Source of the DNA: Patescibacteria group bacterium
Lineage (GTDB): Bacteria > Patescibacteriota > Patescibacteriia > Patescibacteriales > UBA12465
NCBI GenBank assembly: GCA_041661685.1
Contig: JBAZTY010000002.1
Span: forward strand, 157,126-221,125
DNA: 64,000 nt
Reading direction: 5' to 3'
Numbering within the stretch: the first letter of the stretch is position 1; every line of letters begins with the position of its first letter. The translations under genes and the position numbers were made by a program. Below, piece after piece: positions 16,522-26,250 of the stretch. A model generated the notes under the pieces. The model was not told where the DNA came from, ran no database searches, and worked only from the letters and a program-made list of their open reading frames with translations.

Positions 16522-17217
16522 ATGATTTCCGACCGCAAAAAATTCTTATTGGAGACAATCATTAAGGAATACGTCAAAACCGCGACGCCGGTTTCTTCGG
16601 GTGGGCTGGTTGAGAAGTATAAGCTGGATGTTTCACCGGCGACCGTGCGTAATGAGATGATGGAACTGGAAGAAGAGGGCTATATCTATCAGCCCCATAC
16701 TTCGGCCGGACGCGTGCCGACGGAATCCGCCTACGAGCTTTTTATCGCTGATGTTAAAGAATTAAAGAAGAAGAAAGGCTTGCGCGAAACCGAAGAAAAA
16801 ATATTAGAGCAGGTTTTCAAGCGCGACGAAGCCGCTTATAAGGCGACCGCCAAAGCCATTGCCGAATTATCTAGCGCCGCCGTTTTCTGGGCTTTTCATA
16901 AGAATGATCTGTATTATACCGGCCTAAGCAATCTTTTTTCCCAGCCGGAATTCCGCCAAGTGGGCGCTGTCTGCGATGTCTCCGGAATAATCGACCGCTT
17001 AGAAGAGATTATCGATGAAGTTTTCGAGGACCTGGAAGAAGGCGAACAAGTCTTAGTCGGTTCTAAGAATCCGTTTGGTAATTTCTTAAGCACGGTCATA
17101 ATCAAATATAAGCATAATAATCAGAGCGGCGTCTTGGGAATACTCGGCCCGATGCGCATGGATTATGAAAGGAATTTGGCGCTAGTAGAATTTATTAAGA
17201 GAAAATTTTCAACATAA
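16522..17217 (+). CDS. hrcA: heat-inducible transcription repressor HrcA (short form)
   Basis: PVSSGGLVEKYKLDVSPATVRNEMMELEEEGYIYQPHTSAGRVPT plus the C-terminal VLGILGPMRMDYERNLALV. It is only 231 aa, against about 340 typical. Confidence 0.85.
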   Translation: MISDRKKFLLETIIKEYVKTATPVSSGGLVEKYKLDVSPATVRNEMMELEEEGYIYQPHTSAGRVPTESAYELFIADVKELKKKKGLRETEEKILEQVFKRDEAAYKATAKAIAELSSAAVFWAFHKNDLYYTGLSNLFSQPEFRQVGAVCDVSGIIDRLEEIIDEVFEDLEEGEQVLVGSKNPFGNFLSTVIIKYKHNNQSGVLGILGPMRMDYERNLALVEFIKRKFST

Positions 17218-17220
17218 CTT

Positions 17221-17838
17221 ATGGATAATTTAAAAAAAGGCATCTATCGCCACTACAAGGGGCATGAATATAGGTTCTTAAACGAAGTTAAGAATTCTGA
17301 AACTAAGGATGATATGATCGTTTATCAGGATTTAGAGGATGAAAATAAGATTTGGACGCGGCCTAAGCAAATGTTCTTGGAAGAATTGGAGATAGATGGA
17401 ATTAAGAAACCGCGTTTCGAATTCTTGCGCGAGGAAGAGGCTGATACTTGGGAGAATAAATATTTGCGCGCCCTAGCTGACTATCAGAATCTTTTGAAGC
17501 AGACGGCGAAGGATAGAGAAGAGTTTATTAAGTACGCGCTGGCTGATTTTTTGCAGGATATCCTGCCGGTCTATGATCATCTGAAGCTGTCCATGTCTGG
17601 ACTAGGCGAAGAAGAAGCTAAGAATCCTTGGGCAGTCGGAGTGAAGCACGTCTTAAAGCAATTCAAAGATATTTTGGAAGTTAGAGGCGTAGAAGAGATT
17701 AAGACCGTCGGCGAGAAGTTTGATCATGACCTGATGGAGGCTCTAGACGGGCAAGGTGAAAAAGTTAAGCAAGAAATCATGCCGGGATATAAGTTGAACG
17801 GAAAAGTTATCAGGCATGCGAAAGTCATAGTTGAATAA
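17221..17838 (+). CDS. grpE: GrpE nucleotide exchange factor with N-terminal DUF1653-like domain
   Basis: aa 1-60 (GIYRHYKGHEYRF...NSETKDDMIVYQ...IWTRPKQMF) match the recalled DUF1653 pattern. aa ~75-205 are GrpE-like (YLRALADYQNLLKQ, LPVYDHL, MPGYKLNGKVIRHAKV). Confidence 0.8.
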   Translation: MDNLKKGIYRHYKGHEYRFLNEVKNSETKDDMIVYQDLEDENKIWTRPKQMFLEELEIDGIKKPRFEFLREEEADTWENKYLRALADYQNLLKQTAKDREEFIKYALADFLQDILPVYDHLKLSMSGLGEEEAKNPWAVGVKHVLKQFKDILEVRGVEEIKTVGEKFDHDLMEALDGQGEKVKQEIMPGYKLNGKVIRHAKVIVE

Positions 17839-17907
17839 AATCATTAATTTTTCTTTCCTTATCTACTGGGCCAGTCCCCAAGTTTTACGGAAAGATATAT
17901 AAAATTT

Positions 17908-18339
17908 ATGTCACTCATCAAATGGGCCCCGTTTTTTTCGGAATTTGATGACATGGACAAGATGATGGGCGAGATGTTGCCGGCAGTACGCGGCAACCAA
18001 TTTGGGTTCACGCCCGCGATTGATATGTACGAAGATAAGGATAGCGTCGTCGTCGAGACGCAACTAGGCGGCATTGATCCGGAGAAGGTGGACATTTCCA
18101 TTGAGAATAATGTTTTGACCATCAAGGGCGAAAGCGAGAAGAAGAGCGAGGTGGAAGACAAGAATTATTATCGCAAGGAGATTCGCCGCGGCTCTTTCTA
18201 TCGCTCTATTCCGCTGCCGACGAAAGTTGACGGTGATAAGGCGCTGGCGACTAATGAAGAGGGCATCTTGAAAGTCACTATTCCGAAAGTGCCGGAAGTT
18301 AAAGCGAAGACAATTAAGATTTTAGCCAAGAAGAAATAA
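17908..18339 (+). CDS. Hsp20/alpha-crystallin small heat-shock protein
   Basis: The segment TPAIDMYEDKDSVVVETQLGGIDPEKVDISIENNVLTIKGE and the overall length are typical of the family. Confidence 0.85.
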   Translation: MSLIKWAPFFSEFDDMDKMMGEMLPAVRGNQFGFTPAIDMYEDKDSVVVETQLGGIDPEKVDISIENNVLTIKGESEKKSEVEDKNYYRKEIRRGSFYRSIPLPTKVDGDKALATNEEGILKVTIPKVPEVKAKTIKILAKKK

Positions 18340-18410
18340 TTGTTGATTGATACCGATCCTATTTTTTGGGATCGGAAATGAGTTAATAATAAAAATATTA
18401 GAAAAATAAT

Positions 18411-18839
18411 ATGGCAGAATCATTAGAGTTTAGACACTTAGAGGCTAGGAAAGGAAAGACGGCCGCGGCAGAATCTTTGGCTGATACAGAGTTGAATCTG
18501 GACAAGCTGAATGAACATTTGAAATCCGAGTTAAATTACTTGGAGGCTAGTATTTGGCGCTTGAAGGATATGGAAACGCACAATAAGTTCGTTAATGAAA
18601 TGAACTCCGATTTAGAGATGAGCATTGATGAAAAAGATGAGAAATATAGCCCGAAGGAAACAAGCGAGATGGATCAAGAAATAGAGCGGACCTGGAAACA
18701 CATCGAAGAAACTAAGGATTATATTGCCGAATATACCGTATTGAAAGAGAAATCGCGAGATTTGATTGATAAATTTGATTCCCTGGAAAGTGATTTGAAG
18801 AATTTTCTTATTACAGTTAGGCCGGACCAGCGTCAGTAG
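18411..18839 (+). CDS. hypothetical acidic coiled-coil protein
   Basis: 142 aa, Glu/Lys/Asp-rich with a heptad-like pattern. It is embedded between hsp20 and dnaK. Confidence 0.45.
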   Translation: MAESLEFRHLEARKGKTAAAESLADTELNLDKLNEHLKSELNYLEASIWRLKDMETHNKFVNEMNSDLEMSIDEKDEKYSPKETSEMDQEIERTWKHIEETKDYIAEYTVLKEKSRDLIDKFDSLESDLKNFLITVRPDQRQ

Positions 18840-18880
18840 ATTATTATAAGATATTAAAATAATTAATTAAACAAAAAAAT

Positions 18881-20797
18881 ATGTCAAAAATTTTAGGAAT
18901 TGATTTGGGAACGACGAATTCCGCCATGGCTATCATGGAGGGCGGCGCTCCGAAGATCTTGGAAAACATTGAAGGCAATCGTACGACCCCGTCGATTGTC
19001 GCCATGTCTAAGAATAATGAGCGCATTGTCGGCCAATCCGCCAAGCGCCAAGCGGTCATCAATCCGGAAAATACGGTTTATGCCGTTAAGCGCTTGATCG
19101 GCCGCCATTTTGCCGAGGACGAAGTGCAGCGCGATCTGAAAACTGCGCCGTACAAGATCCTTCAGGCCGGCGAAGGCGTGAAGGTTAAGATCGGTGATAA
19201 GGATTATACGCCGCAAGAAATTTCGGCGATGATACTCGCTAAGTTAAAGGCGGATGCGGAAGCAAAAACCGGAGAAACCATTACCGAAGCGATCATTACT
19301 GTTCCGGCTTATTTTAACGACGCTCAACGCCAAGCGACTAAAGACGCCGGCACTATCGCCGGTTTAGACGTTAAGCGTATCATCAACGAACCGACGGCCG
19401 CGGCTTTAGCTTATGGCTTTGATAAGAAACAGGGCCAGAAGATTGTTGTCTACGATTTAGGCGGCGGAACTTTTGATGTTTCTGTGTTGGATATTTCCGC
19501 TGATACTGTTGAAGTAAAAGCCACTAACGGCGATACTCATTTAGGCGGTGAAGATTTTGATCAAAGAATTATTAATTGGATTATTGAAGAGTTTAAGAAA
19601 GATCAGGGCATTGATTTATCCAAGGATACTTTAGCCTTGCAGAGAATAAAAGAATCTGCCGAAAAGGCGAAGATAGAATTATCAACCGCTCAAGAAACGG
19701 AAATTAACCAGCCGTTTATTACGACTGACGCGAACGGGCCGAAGCATTTAGTCATGAAGATGTCCCGCGCCAAATTAGAAGCCTTAGTTATGGATTTAGT
19801 TGATAAGACTATTGAGCCATGTAAGAAGGCTTTAGCCGATTCCGGCTTTAAATTATCAGATATTAATGAGGTTGTCATGGTCGGCGGCATGACTCGCATG
19901 CCATTGGTATTGCAGAAGGTCAAAGAATTCTTCGGCAAGGAGCCGAACCTGACCGTTAATCCGGACGAAGTCGTGGCTTTAGGTGCAGCCGTTCAGGCTG
20001 GCGTGCTTCAAGGCGATGTTAAGGATGTTTTATTATTAGATGTCACCCCGCTCACTTTAGGCATCGAGACCTTGGGTGGCGTCGCTACTCCGTTAATTGA
20101 AAGAAATACGACTATCCCTACTTCTAAGTCTCAGGTTTTCTCAACGGCTGCTGACGGCCAGACCGCCGTGGAGATCCATATCGTCCAGGGCGAACGTCCG
20201 ATGGCCAGCGATAATAAGACTTTGGGCCACTTCACTTTAGACGGTATTCCGTCTGCACCGCGCGGCATTCCGCAGGTAGAAGTGAAATTTGATCTAGATG
20301 CTAACGGTATCTTGAACGTTTCTGCGACCGATAAGGCGACTAATAAGCAGCAGAAAATAACTATCACTGCTTCATCCGGCTTATCTAAAGAAGAGATTGA
20401 GAAGATGAAGAAGGAAGCGGAACTGCATTCCGAAGAAGACAAGAAAAAGAAAGAAGAGGTAGAAATTAAGAATCAGGCCGATGCCGTCGGCTTCACGATG
20501 GAAAAGATGATTAAGGAATCGGGCGATAAGATGAAGCCGGAAGATAAGAAAGAACTCGAAGACAAGAATGCCGAACTCAAGAAGGCGAAAGAATCTGGTA
20601 ATCTTGAGGATATGAAAAAGAGAATGGAAGAGATCAATACGATTGCGCAGAGAATCGGCGCGGCCATGTATCAGCAGCCGGGCGCCAATGCGGCCGGAGC
20701 TGAGGCCGGAGCTGCGGGAGCAGGACCGGAAGCTGGCGCTGGCGAAGCCAAGAAGGATGAAAATGTAGTTGAAGGAGAAGTTGAAGAGAAGAAATAA
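18881..20797 (+). CDS. dnaK: molecular chaperone DnaK (Hsp70)
   Basis: [17 protein letters not shown] and [12 protein letters not shown] are present, and the length is full. Confidence 0.97.
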   Translation: MSKILGIDLGTTNSAMAIMEGGAPKILENIEGNRTTPSIVAMSKNNERIVGQSAKRQAVINPENTVYAVKRLIGRHFAEDEVQRDLKTAPYKILQAGEGVKVKIGDKDYTPQEISAMILAKLKADAEAKTGETITEAIITVPAYFNDAQRQATKDAGTIAGLDVKRIINEPTAAALAYGFDKKQGQKIVVYDLGGGTFDVSVLDISADTVEVKATNGDTHLGGEDFDQRIINWIIEEFKKDQGIDLSKDTLALQRIKESAEKAKIELSTAQETEINQPFITTDANGPKHLVMKMSRAKLEALVMDLVDKTIEPCKKALADSGFKLSDINEVVMVGGMTRMPLVLQKVKEFFGKEPNLTVNPDEVVALGAAVQAGVLQGDVKDVLLLDVTPLTLGIETLGGVATPLIERNTTIPTSKSQVFSTAADGQTAVEIHIVQGERPMASDNKTLGHFTLDGIPSAPRGIPQVEVKFDLDANGILNVSATDKATNKQQKITITASSGLSKEEIEKMKKEAELHSEEDKKKKEEVEIKNQADAVGFTMEKMIKESGDKMKPEDKKELEDKNAELKKAKESGNLEDMKKRMEEINTIAQRIGAAMYQQPGANAAGAEAGAAGAGPEAGAGEAKKDENVVEGEVEEKK

Positions 20798-20870
20798 TTT
20801 TATTTTCTGAGGCCGCCGCTTAGATTGAGGGGCGGCTGACTGAAAATGAAATTGTTAACACTAAAATAAT

Positions 20871-21596
20871 ATGGGTTTTGAAAAAATTGGTCAGATAGTC
20901 GGCAAGACTATCGGTAAGTTAGGAATTGAACATTTGAAAAGCAAGGTTGAAAATTTTGATATTGAGACCGATGGTTTGGAAAATTTAAAAAAAGTAAAAG
21001 AGGAGGCTTATTTATTAGTAGCTAACCACATTATACCTAACGCTGATAATCAAGCCGCTTTAAATACTGGTGTCAGTCCTGATGCTTTTGTGTTATCAAA
21101 ATTAGTGGAGGATAATACTGGTAGAAAAATAAAAGTTGCTCATAAGGCCGATGACGGCTGGTTGGCTGAAAGCGCTATCATGAGGTTTTATCAAAAAAAT
21201 ATCGGTTCGCCATTTGCGAGAGGCGTGTCTAAGGGGGTTGGGAATATACCTATTCAAAAGAACCCCGGAAGCTTTAATAGGGATTTTGTCGAGACTATTG
21301 ATAAGACGATTGAAAATAAAGAGCCGATCATGATTTTTCCAGAAGGTAATTGGTATGAAGATTTTAGCCCTGATCATAAGATTGAGCCCGGTGCCGCCCA
21401 TATTGCCAAGAAATATAATTTAAAGATTGTCCCCGCTTATATTAATGGCGCTAATAGCTGGGGCGGAGAGCAAAAGGTTAAAGTATCTTTCGGGGAGCCT
21501 TTCGCGTCTGAAGGTTTGAATAAACAAGAAATTTCTCAGAAGATGTTTGAACGGATTGCCGAGTTGCAGAAAGAATTAAATCAGAAAAATCAGTAA
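20871..21596 (+). CDS. PlsC-like acyltransferase family protein (divergent)
   Basis: Has [11 protein letters not shown] (an HX4D-like block with one extra residue) and FPEGN. It sits between dnaK and dnaJ. Confidence 0.45.
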   Translation: MGFEKIGQIVGKTIGKLGIEHLKSKVENFDIETDGLENLKKVKEEAYLLVANHIIPNADNQAALNTGVSPDAFVLSKLVEDNTGRKIKVAHKADDGWLAESAIMRFYQKNIGSPFARGVSKGVGNIPIQKNPGSFNRDFVETIDKTIENKEPIMIFPEGNWYEDFSPDHKIEPGAAHIAKKYNLKIVPAYINGANSWGGEQKVKVSFGEPFASEGLNKQEISQKMFERIAELQKELNQKNQ

Positions 21597-21612
21597 TTTA
21601 TTGAATTTAATT

Positions 21613-22704
21613 ATGTCCAAAGACTATTACAATATTTTAGGCGTTTCAAAAGGCGCCTCTCAAGATGAGATCAAGGCGGCATATCGTAAGAAAGCGCACG
21701 AACATCATCCTGATAAGGGCGGCGACGCGGAAAAATTCAAGGAGCTCAATGAAGCCCATCAGGTTTTAGGCAATCCGGAAAAGAGACAGCAGTATGACCG
21801 CTTTGGTTCGGCTTATCAGAATGGCCAAGCCGGCGGCGCGGGTGGTCCCGGAGGTTTCGGCGGCGGCTTTAGCGGTTTTCAGGGCGGCCAAGGTTTTGAT
21901 TTTGAAGATCTGGGAGATATGTTCGGCGGCTTTGGCGATATTTTCGGCTTCGGCGGCGGAGGCGGCGGCTCTTCTCGGAAACAAACTCGTGGCCGCGATC
22001 TAGAAATGAAAGTTAGCCTAGATTTTTTAGAGGCTGCTTTTGGGTTAGAGAAAGAAATCAGTTTTTCTAAGAATATAACTTGCGACCGCTGTCATGGCAA
22101 TGGCTCTGAACCGGGCGCTAAAGTAGAAACTTGCCCGACCTGTAAAGGATCGGGTCAAGTTAGCCGCATTCAGCGGACTATTCTCGGCAATATTCAGACG
22201 CAAGCGACTTGTTCTAATTGCCACGGTGAAGGCAAAATCTATTCTCAGAAATGCACTAAATGCGAAGGCAGCGGCGTTTATCATGATCATGTCAGCTTCA
22301 AGGTTAAAATTCCAGCCGGCATCAATGACGGCGAATCAATCAGATTGAGCGGCCAGGGTGAAGCAGGCCAGAAAGGCGCTCCCGCCGGAGATTTATATCT
22401 GCGCGTTTCGGTTAAGAATCATAAGAAATTCATTCGCGAGGGCTATGATATTCGGACAGAAGAGAAAATCAGCGTGAGACAGGCTATTTTAGGAGATAAG
22501 ATTGATGTTGATACTATTAATGGCCCAGTAAAATTGAAGATTCCGGAAGGCACGCAATCGGGAACGATATTTAAGTTAAAAGAGAAGGGGGTCACGAAAT
22601 TGAATAATCGCGGAGTCGGAGATCAGTTCATAAAGGTTATCGTGGAGATTCCGAAAAACTTGAATAAGAAGCAGAAGCAGCTGCTAGAAGAATTAGGGAT
22701 TTAG
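21613..22704 (+). CDS. dnaJ: molecular chaperone DnaJ
   Basis: J-domain with HPDK, a G/F-rich region and four CxxCxGxG zinc motifs. ATG at 21613; the track start at 21601 is TTG. Confidence 0.95.
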   Translation: MSKDYYNILGVSKGASQDEIKAAYRKKAHEHHPDKGGDAEKFKELNEAHQVLGNPEKRQQYDRFGSAYQNGQAGGAGGPGGFGGGFSGFQGGQGFDFEDLGDMFGGFGDIFGFGGGGGGSSRKQTRGRDLEMKVSLDFLEAAFGLEKEISFSKNITCDRCHGNGSEPGAKVETCPTCKGSGQVSRIQRTILGNIQTQATCSNCHGEGKIYSQKCTKCEGSGVYHDHVSFKVKIPAGINDGESIRLSGQGEAGQKGAPAGDLYLRVSVKNHKKFIREGYDIRTEEKISVRQAILGDKIDVDTINGPVKLKIPEGTQSGTIFKLKEKGVTKLNNRGVGDQFIKVIVEIPKNLNKKQKQLLEELGI

Positions 22705-22714
22705 GCCGTTTTTA

Positions 22715-22742
22715 TTGACTATTTTGCTCAGGATGTTAAACT
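22715..22742 (+). promoter_or_regulatory. putative promoter TTGACT-16-TAAACT
   Basis: Hexamers at 22715-22720 and 22737-22742, upstream of the Cys-rich micro-ORF. Confidence 0.4.
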
Positions 22743-22776
22743 ATAAGTGAGTTTATTATTAATTTACACGAAATTT

Positions 22777-22908
22777 ATGTGCAATTTTTTAAAGAAGCTT
22801 TTTGGTGGATGTTGCTGTTCCAAGAAGGACGACTGCTGCTCTAAGCACTCTGATTGTTGCCATCACGACGAGAAGTCTGAAACTCCTAAAGAAGAGATAA
22901 AGAAGTAA
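22777..22908 (+). CDS. 43-aa Cys/His-rich micro-ORF
   Basis: Hand translation gives MCNFLKKLFGGCCCSKKDDCCSKHSDCCHHDEKSETPKEEIKK, with 8 Cys and 3 His. It ends 8 nt before tatD and is below the track cutoff. Confidence 0.35.
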   Translation: MCNFLKKLFGGCCCSKKDDCCSKHSDCCHHDEKSETPKEEIKK

Positions 22909-22916
22909 GAATAGCC

Positions 22917-23768
22917 ATGTTCATAGATACTCATGCTCATGTGAATTTTGCCGCTTTCAAAGACGACGCTGACGAAGTCATCCGTCGGTCTTTGGGTAAT
23001 AATACTTGGATGATCCTGGTCGGTTCGGAAATGAAGACTTCGACTCGGGCACTTAATTATGCGAATAAGTATGAAAAGGGCGTTTATGCCGCCATCGGTC
23101 TGCACCCAGTCCATCTTGAAGATGGATCCGTCGACACTGGCGAAGAGGGGACAAACGCCAGCTTTATTTCGCGCGCCGAAGAATTCGATTACGGCAGCTA
23201 TGAGAAGCTGGCTAAGTTCGAGAAAGTCGTGGCTATCGGCGAGATCGGGCTTGATTATTATCATCTTGATCCAACTAAAGATATGCAGGCGATTAAGAAG
23301 AAGCAGCACGAGATTTTTGCTCAGCAATTGCTCTTGGCGCGCAGCTTAGACTTGCCGGCTATCATTCATTGCCGCCAAGCGCATGACGACTTGCTCACTA
23401 TTCTCACCGAATTCAAGAAAGAATATAGCCATCTGATTCCAGCTGATCGTCCTTGGGGCGTGATTCATTGTTTTTCCGGCGACGAGGACTTGGCCTGGAA
23501 GTATTTTCGGCTCGGCTTATTAATATCTTTCACCGGCCTAATTACTTTCAGCAAGCAATGGGATGACCTGATTCGGAAGATTCCTTTAGACAAGATGATG
23601 ATCGAGACTGACACGCCCTATATGACTCCAGAGCCATATCGCGGCCAACGCAATGAGCCGGTTCTGGTCCAATATGTCGCTAACCGTATCGCTGATATTC
23701 GCGGAATTAAGCTGGAAAAAGTCGCGGAAGCGACGACGGCGACCGCCCGTAATTTCTTTAGAATTTAG
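22917..23768 (+). CDS. TatD family metal-dependent hydrolase
   Basis: FIDTHAHVNF, GEIGLDY, IHCR and ETDTPYM motifs are present. Confidence 0.85.
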   Translation: MFIDTHAHVNFAAFKDDADEVIRRSLGNNTWMILVGSEMKTSTRALNYANKYEKGVYAAIGLHPVHLEDGSVDTGEEGTNASFISRAEEFDYGSYEKLAKFEKVVAIGEIGLDYYHLDPTKDMQAIKKKQHEIFAQQLLLARSLDLPAIIHCRQAHDDLLTILTEFKKEYSHLIPADRPWGVIHCFSGDEDLAWKYFRLGLLISFTGLITFSKQWDDLIRKIPLDKMMIETDTPYMTPEPYRGQRNEPVLVQYVANRIADIRGIKLEKVAEATTATARNFFRI

Positions 23769-23803
23769 CCGTAAAAGCGGCCTTGACCCTGAAATTCGGA
23801 GGG

Positions 23804-23832
23804 TTGACACTTAGGGTTTTTTGCGCTATAAA
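23804..23832 (+). promoter_or_regulatory. atp operon promoter TTGACA-17-TATAAA
   Basis: Hexamers at 23804-23809 and 23827-23832, about 28 nt upstream of atpI. Confidence 0.55.
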
Positions 23833-23859
23833 TGAGTTGTTAAAAACAAGTAAAAATAT

Positions 23860-24135
23860 ATGAAAAATGAATCCTGGAGCTTAGCCTTGAAAGTTATGGC
23901 TAATATTTCAGGCTGGATCGCTTTTCCAGTCATTATCGGCCTGTTTTTGGGTCGTTGGCTAGATAGGCGCTTCGGAACCGAGCCTTGGCTATTCTTGACG
24001 ACTATCGGGGCTTGTTTCATTATCTCCATCTACGGTCTGGTGATTAACTCGCTGAAAGAGTTTAAGAAGATTGAAAAAGACTATGCCGCGGAAAAAGCTG
24101 AGAAGCTAGCAGCGGAAGCGACAGAGAAAAAATAA
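23860..24135 (+). CDS. atpI: AtpZ/AtpI-like ATP synthase protein I
   Basis: Small 2-TM protein (ISGWIAFPVIIGLFLGRWLD, PWLFLTTIGACFIISIYGLV) at the head of the atp operon. Confidence 0.6.
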   Translation: MKNESWSLALKVMANISGWIAFPVIIGLFLGRWLDRRFGTEPWLFLTTIGACFIISIYGLVINSLKEFKKIEKDYAAEKAEKLAAEATEKK

Positions 24136-24141
24136 TTTAAT

Positions 24142-24966
24142 TTGAATAAAATGGCGGGAGAAGAAATCATCCATGAGAATACATTATTCGCTGAACCGAT
24201 AGCTCATATCGGCAGCTTTCCGATTACTAATGCGTTCGCTACTTCGATAGTTGCTTTAGTTATTATTGTAACTCTAGGTCTGCTGATCGGCCGTAATATT
24301 AAAAAAGTTCCAACCGGCCTGCAGAACGCCCTGGAAATGATCATTGAAGGATTCTTGGGAATATTTGATGGCGTTACCGGCAGCCGCAAGAAATCGATGC
24401 AGTTTGCGCCGGTTGTGCTCGCCTTTTTCTTTTTCATCCTAGTAAATAATTGGATGGGCTTATTGCCTGGCGTCGGTTCTATCGGCCAGATTGCTCAAGA
24501 GGGCGGAGAAAAGATCTTCATCCCCTACTTGCGCGGCGCTACCGCTGACTTGAATACGACTTTAGCTTTGGCGACCTTAGGCGTAGTGTTGAGCCATATT
24601 ATGGGCGTCGTCGCCGTCGGCTGGTGGAAATATCTGAATAAATTCATCAATATCAAGGCGTTTTTAGAAATACCGGGAAAAATCATGAAGGATCCGATGA
24701 TTCTATTGGTTAATCCGATCAAGGCTTTTGTCGGCATCATCGAAATTATCGGAGAATTGGCTAAAGTGGCCAGTCTCTCCTTCCGTTTATTCGGCAATGT
24801 TTTCGCCGGCGAGGTTTTACTCGCTTCCATGTCCGCTATCATGGCCTATGGCGTGCCGATACCGTTTTTGTTTCTTGAAGTTCTGGTCGGCCTGATTCAG
24901 GCGCTTATTTTCGCAATGTTGATTTTGACATATTTGACTATCAACACCACCGCCGAGGAACACTAA
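24142..24966 (+). CDS. atpB: F0F1 ATP synthase subunit a
   Basis: LSFRLFGNVFAGE contains the essential Arg, and the protein is multi-TM. TTG start at 24142, or ATG at 24151. Confidence 0.9.
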   Translation: MNKMAGEEIIHENTLFAEPIAHIGSFPITNAFATSIVALVIIVTLGLLIGRNIKKVPTGLQNALEMIIEGFLGIFDGVTGSRKKSMQFAPVVLAFFFFILVNNWMGLLPGVGSIGQIAQEGGEKIFIPYLRGATADLNTTLALATLGVVLSHIMGVVAVGWWKYLNKFINIKAFLEIPGKIMKDPMILLVNPIKAFVGIIEIIGELAKVASLSFRLFGNVFAGEVLLASMSAIMAYGVPIPFLFLEVLVGLIQALIFAMLILTYLTINTTAEEH

Positions 24967-24977
24967 AAGATTATTAA

Positions 24978-25244
<267 letters not shown>

Positions 25245-25324
25245 TATTTTGACGGATTTCTCCTGAATTTTTCGGGAGAAAGCGCTAGATTATTATCAAG
25301 GCCGGATTATCGGCCAATATAAAT

Positions 25325-25813
25325 ATGGATTCATTAATTTCAACTTTTCACATCGACATCAGATTGTTAGTCGCTCAGCTGGTTAATTTCGCTATCGTGT
25401 TTTCCGTCTTATATTTTTTCGCCTTTAAGCCGTTAGTCAAAGTCATGGCCGAAAGGACTGAGAAGATTGATAAGAGCTTGAAGGATGCCGACGCGATTGA
25501 GAAGCGCTTGGCTTTAACCGAGAAAGAGCGCGAAGATATCCTCTTAGCCGCTAAGAAGCAGGCTAATTTGATTATCGAAGAAGCGGATAAGCGCGGCGAA
25601 GAGAGAAAAGGAGAGCTTATCGCTAAGGCCAAGGAAGAAATCGGTCAGGTTATTAATAATGAAAAAGCCAAATTGCTTAGCGAAAAGGCAGAAACTTTGA
25701 AAGAAATCAAAAAAGAAGTGGCCGAACTGGTGATTTTGACTACTGAAAAGTTATTGAACGAGAAGATGAATGCTGATAAGGACAAAGATTTAATAAAGAA
25801 ATTAGTAAAATAA
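25325..25813 (+). CDS. atpF: F0F1 ATP synthase subunit b
   Basis: N-terminal TM helix plus a long charged helix, in the expected operon position. Confidence 0.85.
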   Translation: MDSLISTFHIDIRLLVAQLVNFAIVFSVLYFFAFKPLVKVMAERTEKIDKSLKDADAIEKRLALTEKEREDILLAAKKQANLIIEEADKRGEERKGELIAKAKEEIGQVINNEKAKLLSEKAETLKEIKKEVAELVILTTEKLLNEKMNADKDKDLIKKLVK

Positions 25814-25815
25814 GA

Positions 25816-26217
25816 ATGAAAATATCCGTTCAACAATACGCTACTAGCTTATTTGAAGCAGTCGTTGGTAAATCCGAGAAGGAAGCCAAGGCGGCTGTTA
25901 AGAATTTTGTCGCGATCTTGGGAAGGAATCGGGAATTGAGCAAGGAAGCGGCGATTATTGCGGCTTTCAACGAGACCTGGAATCGTGAGCACGGCGAAGT
26001 CATGGCGACGCTGTCGAGCGCGCGCGAATTGGGTCCGACTGCCCGTGAGAATGTTGTAGAATACCTGAAAGAGAAGACAGCGGCCAAGAAGATTATTTTA
26101 GACGAAAATATTGATAAGGATTTAATCGGCGGATTCGTTTTGAGATATGGCAGCAAGGTTTTAGATGGAAGCTTAAAGAATAGCCTTGAAGCTCTAAAGA
26201 ATAAGATTAGCAATTAA
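25816..26217 (+). CDS. atpH: F0F1 ATP synthase subunit delta (short, 133 aa)
   Basis: Operon position plus the C-terminal GGFVLRYGSKVLDGSLKNSL motif typical of delta/OSCP. Confidence 0.8.
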   Translation: MKISVQQYATSLFEAVVGKSEKEAKAAVKNFVAILGRNRELSKEAAIIAAFNETWNREHGEVMATLSSARELGPTARENVVEYLKEKTAAKKIILDENIDKDLIGGFVLRYGSKVLDGSLKNSLEALKNKISN

Positions 26218-26250
26218 TCATAAATAAGCATAAATATTTAGCATAAACGT

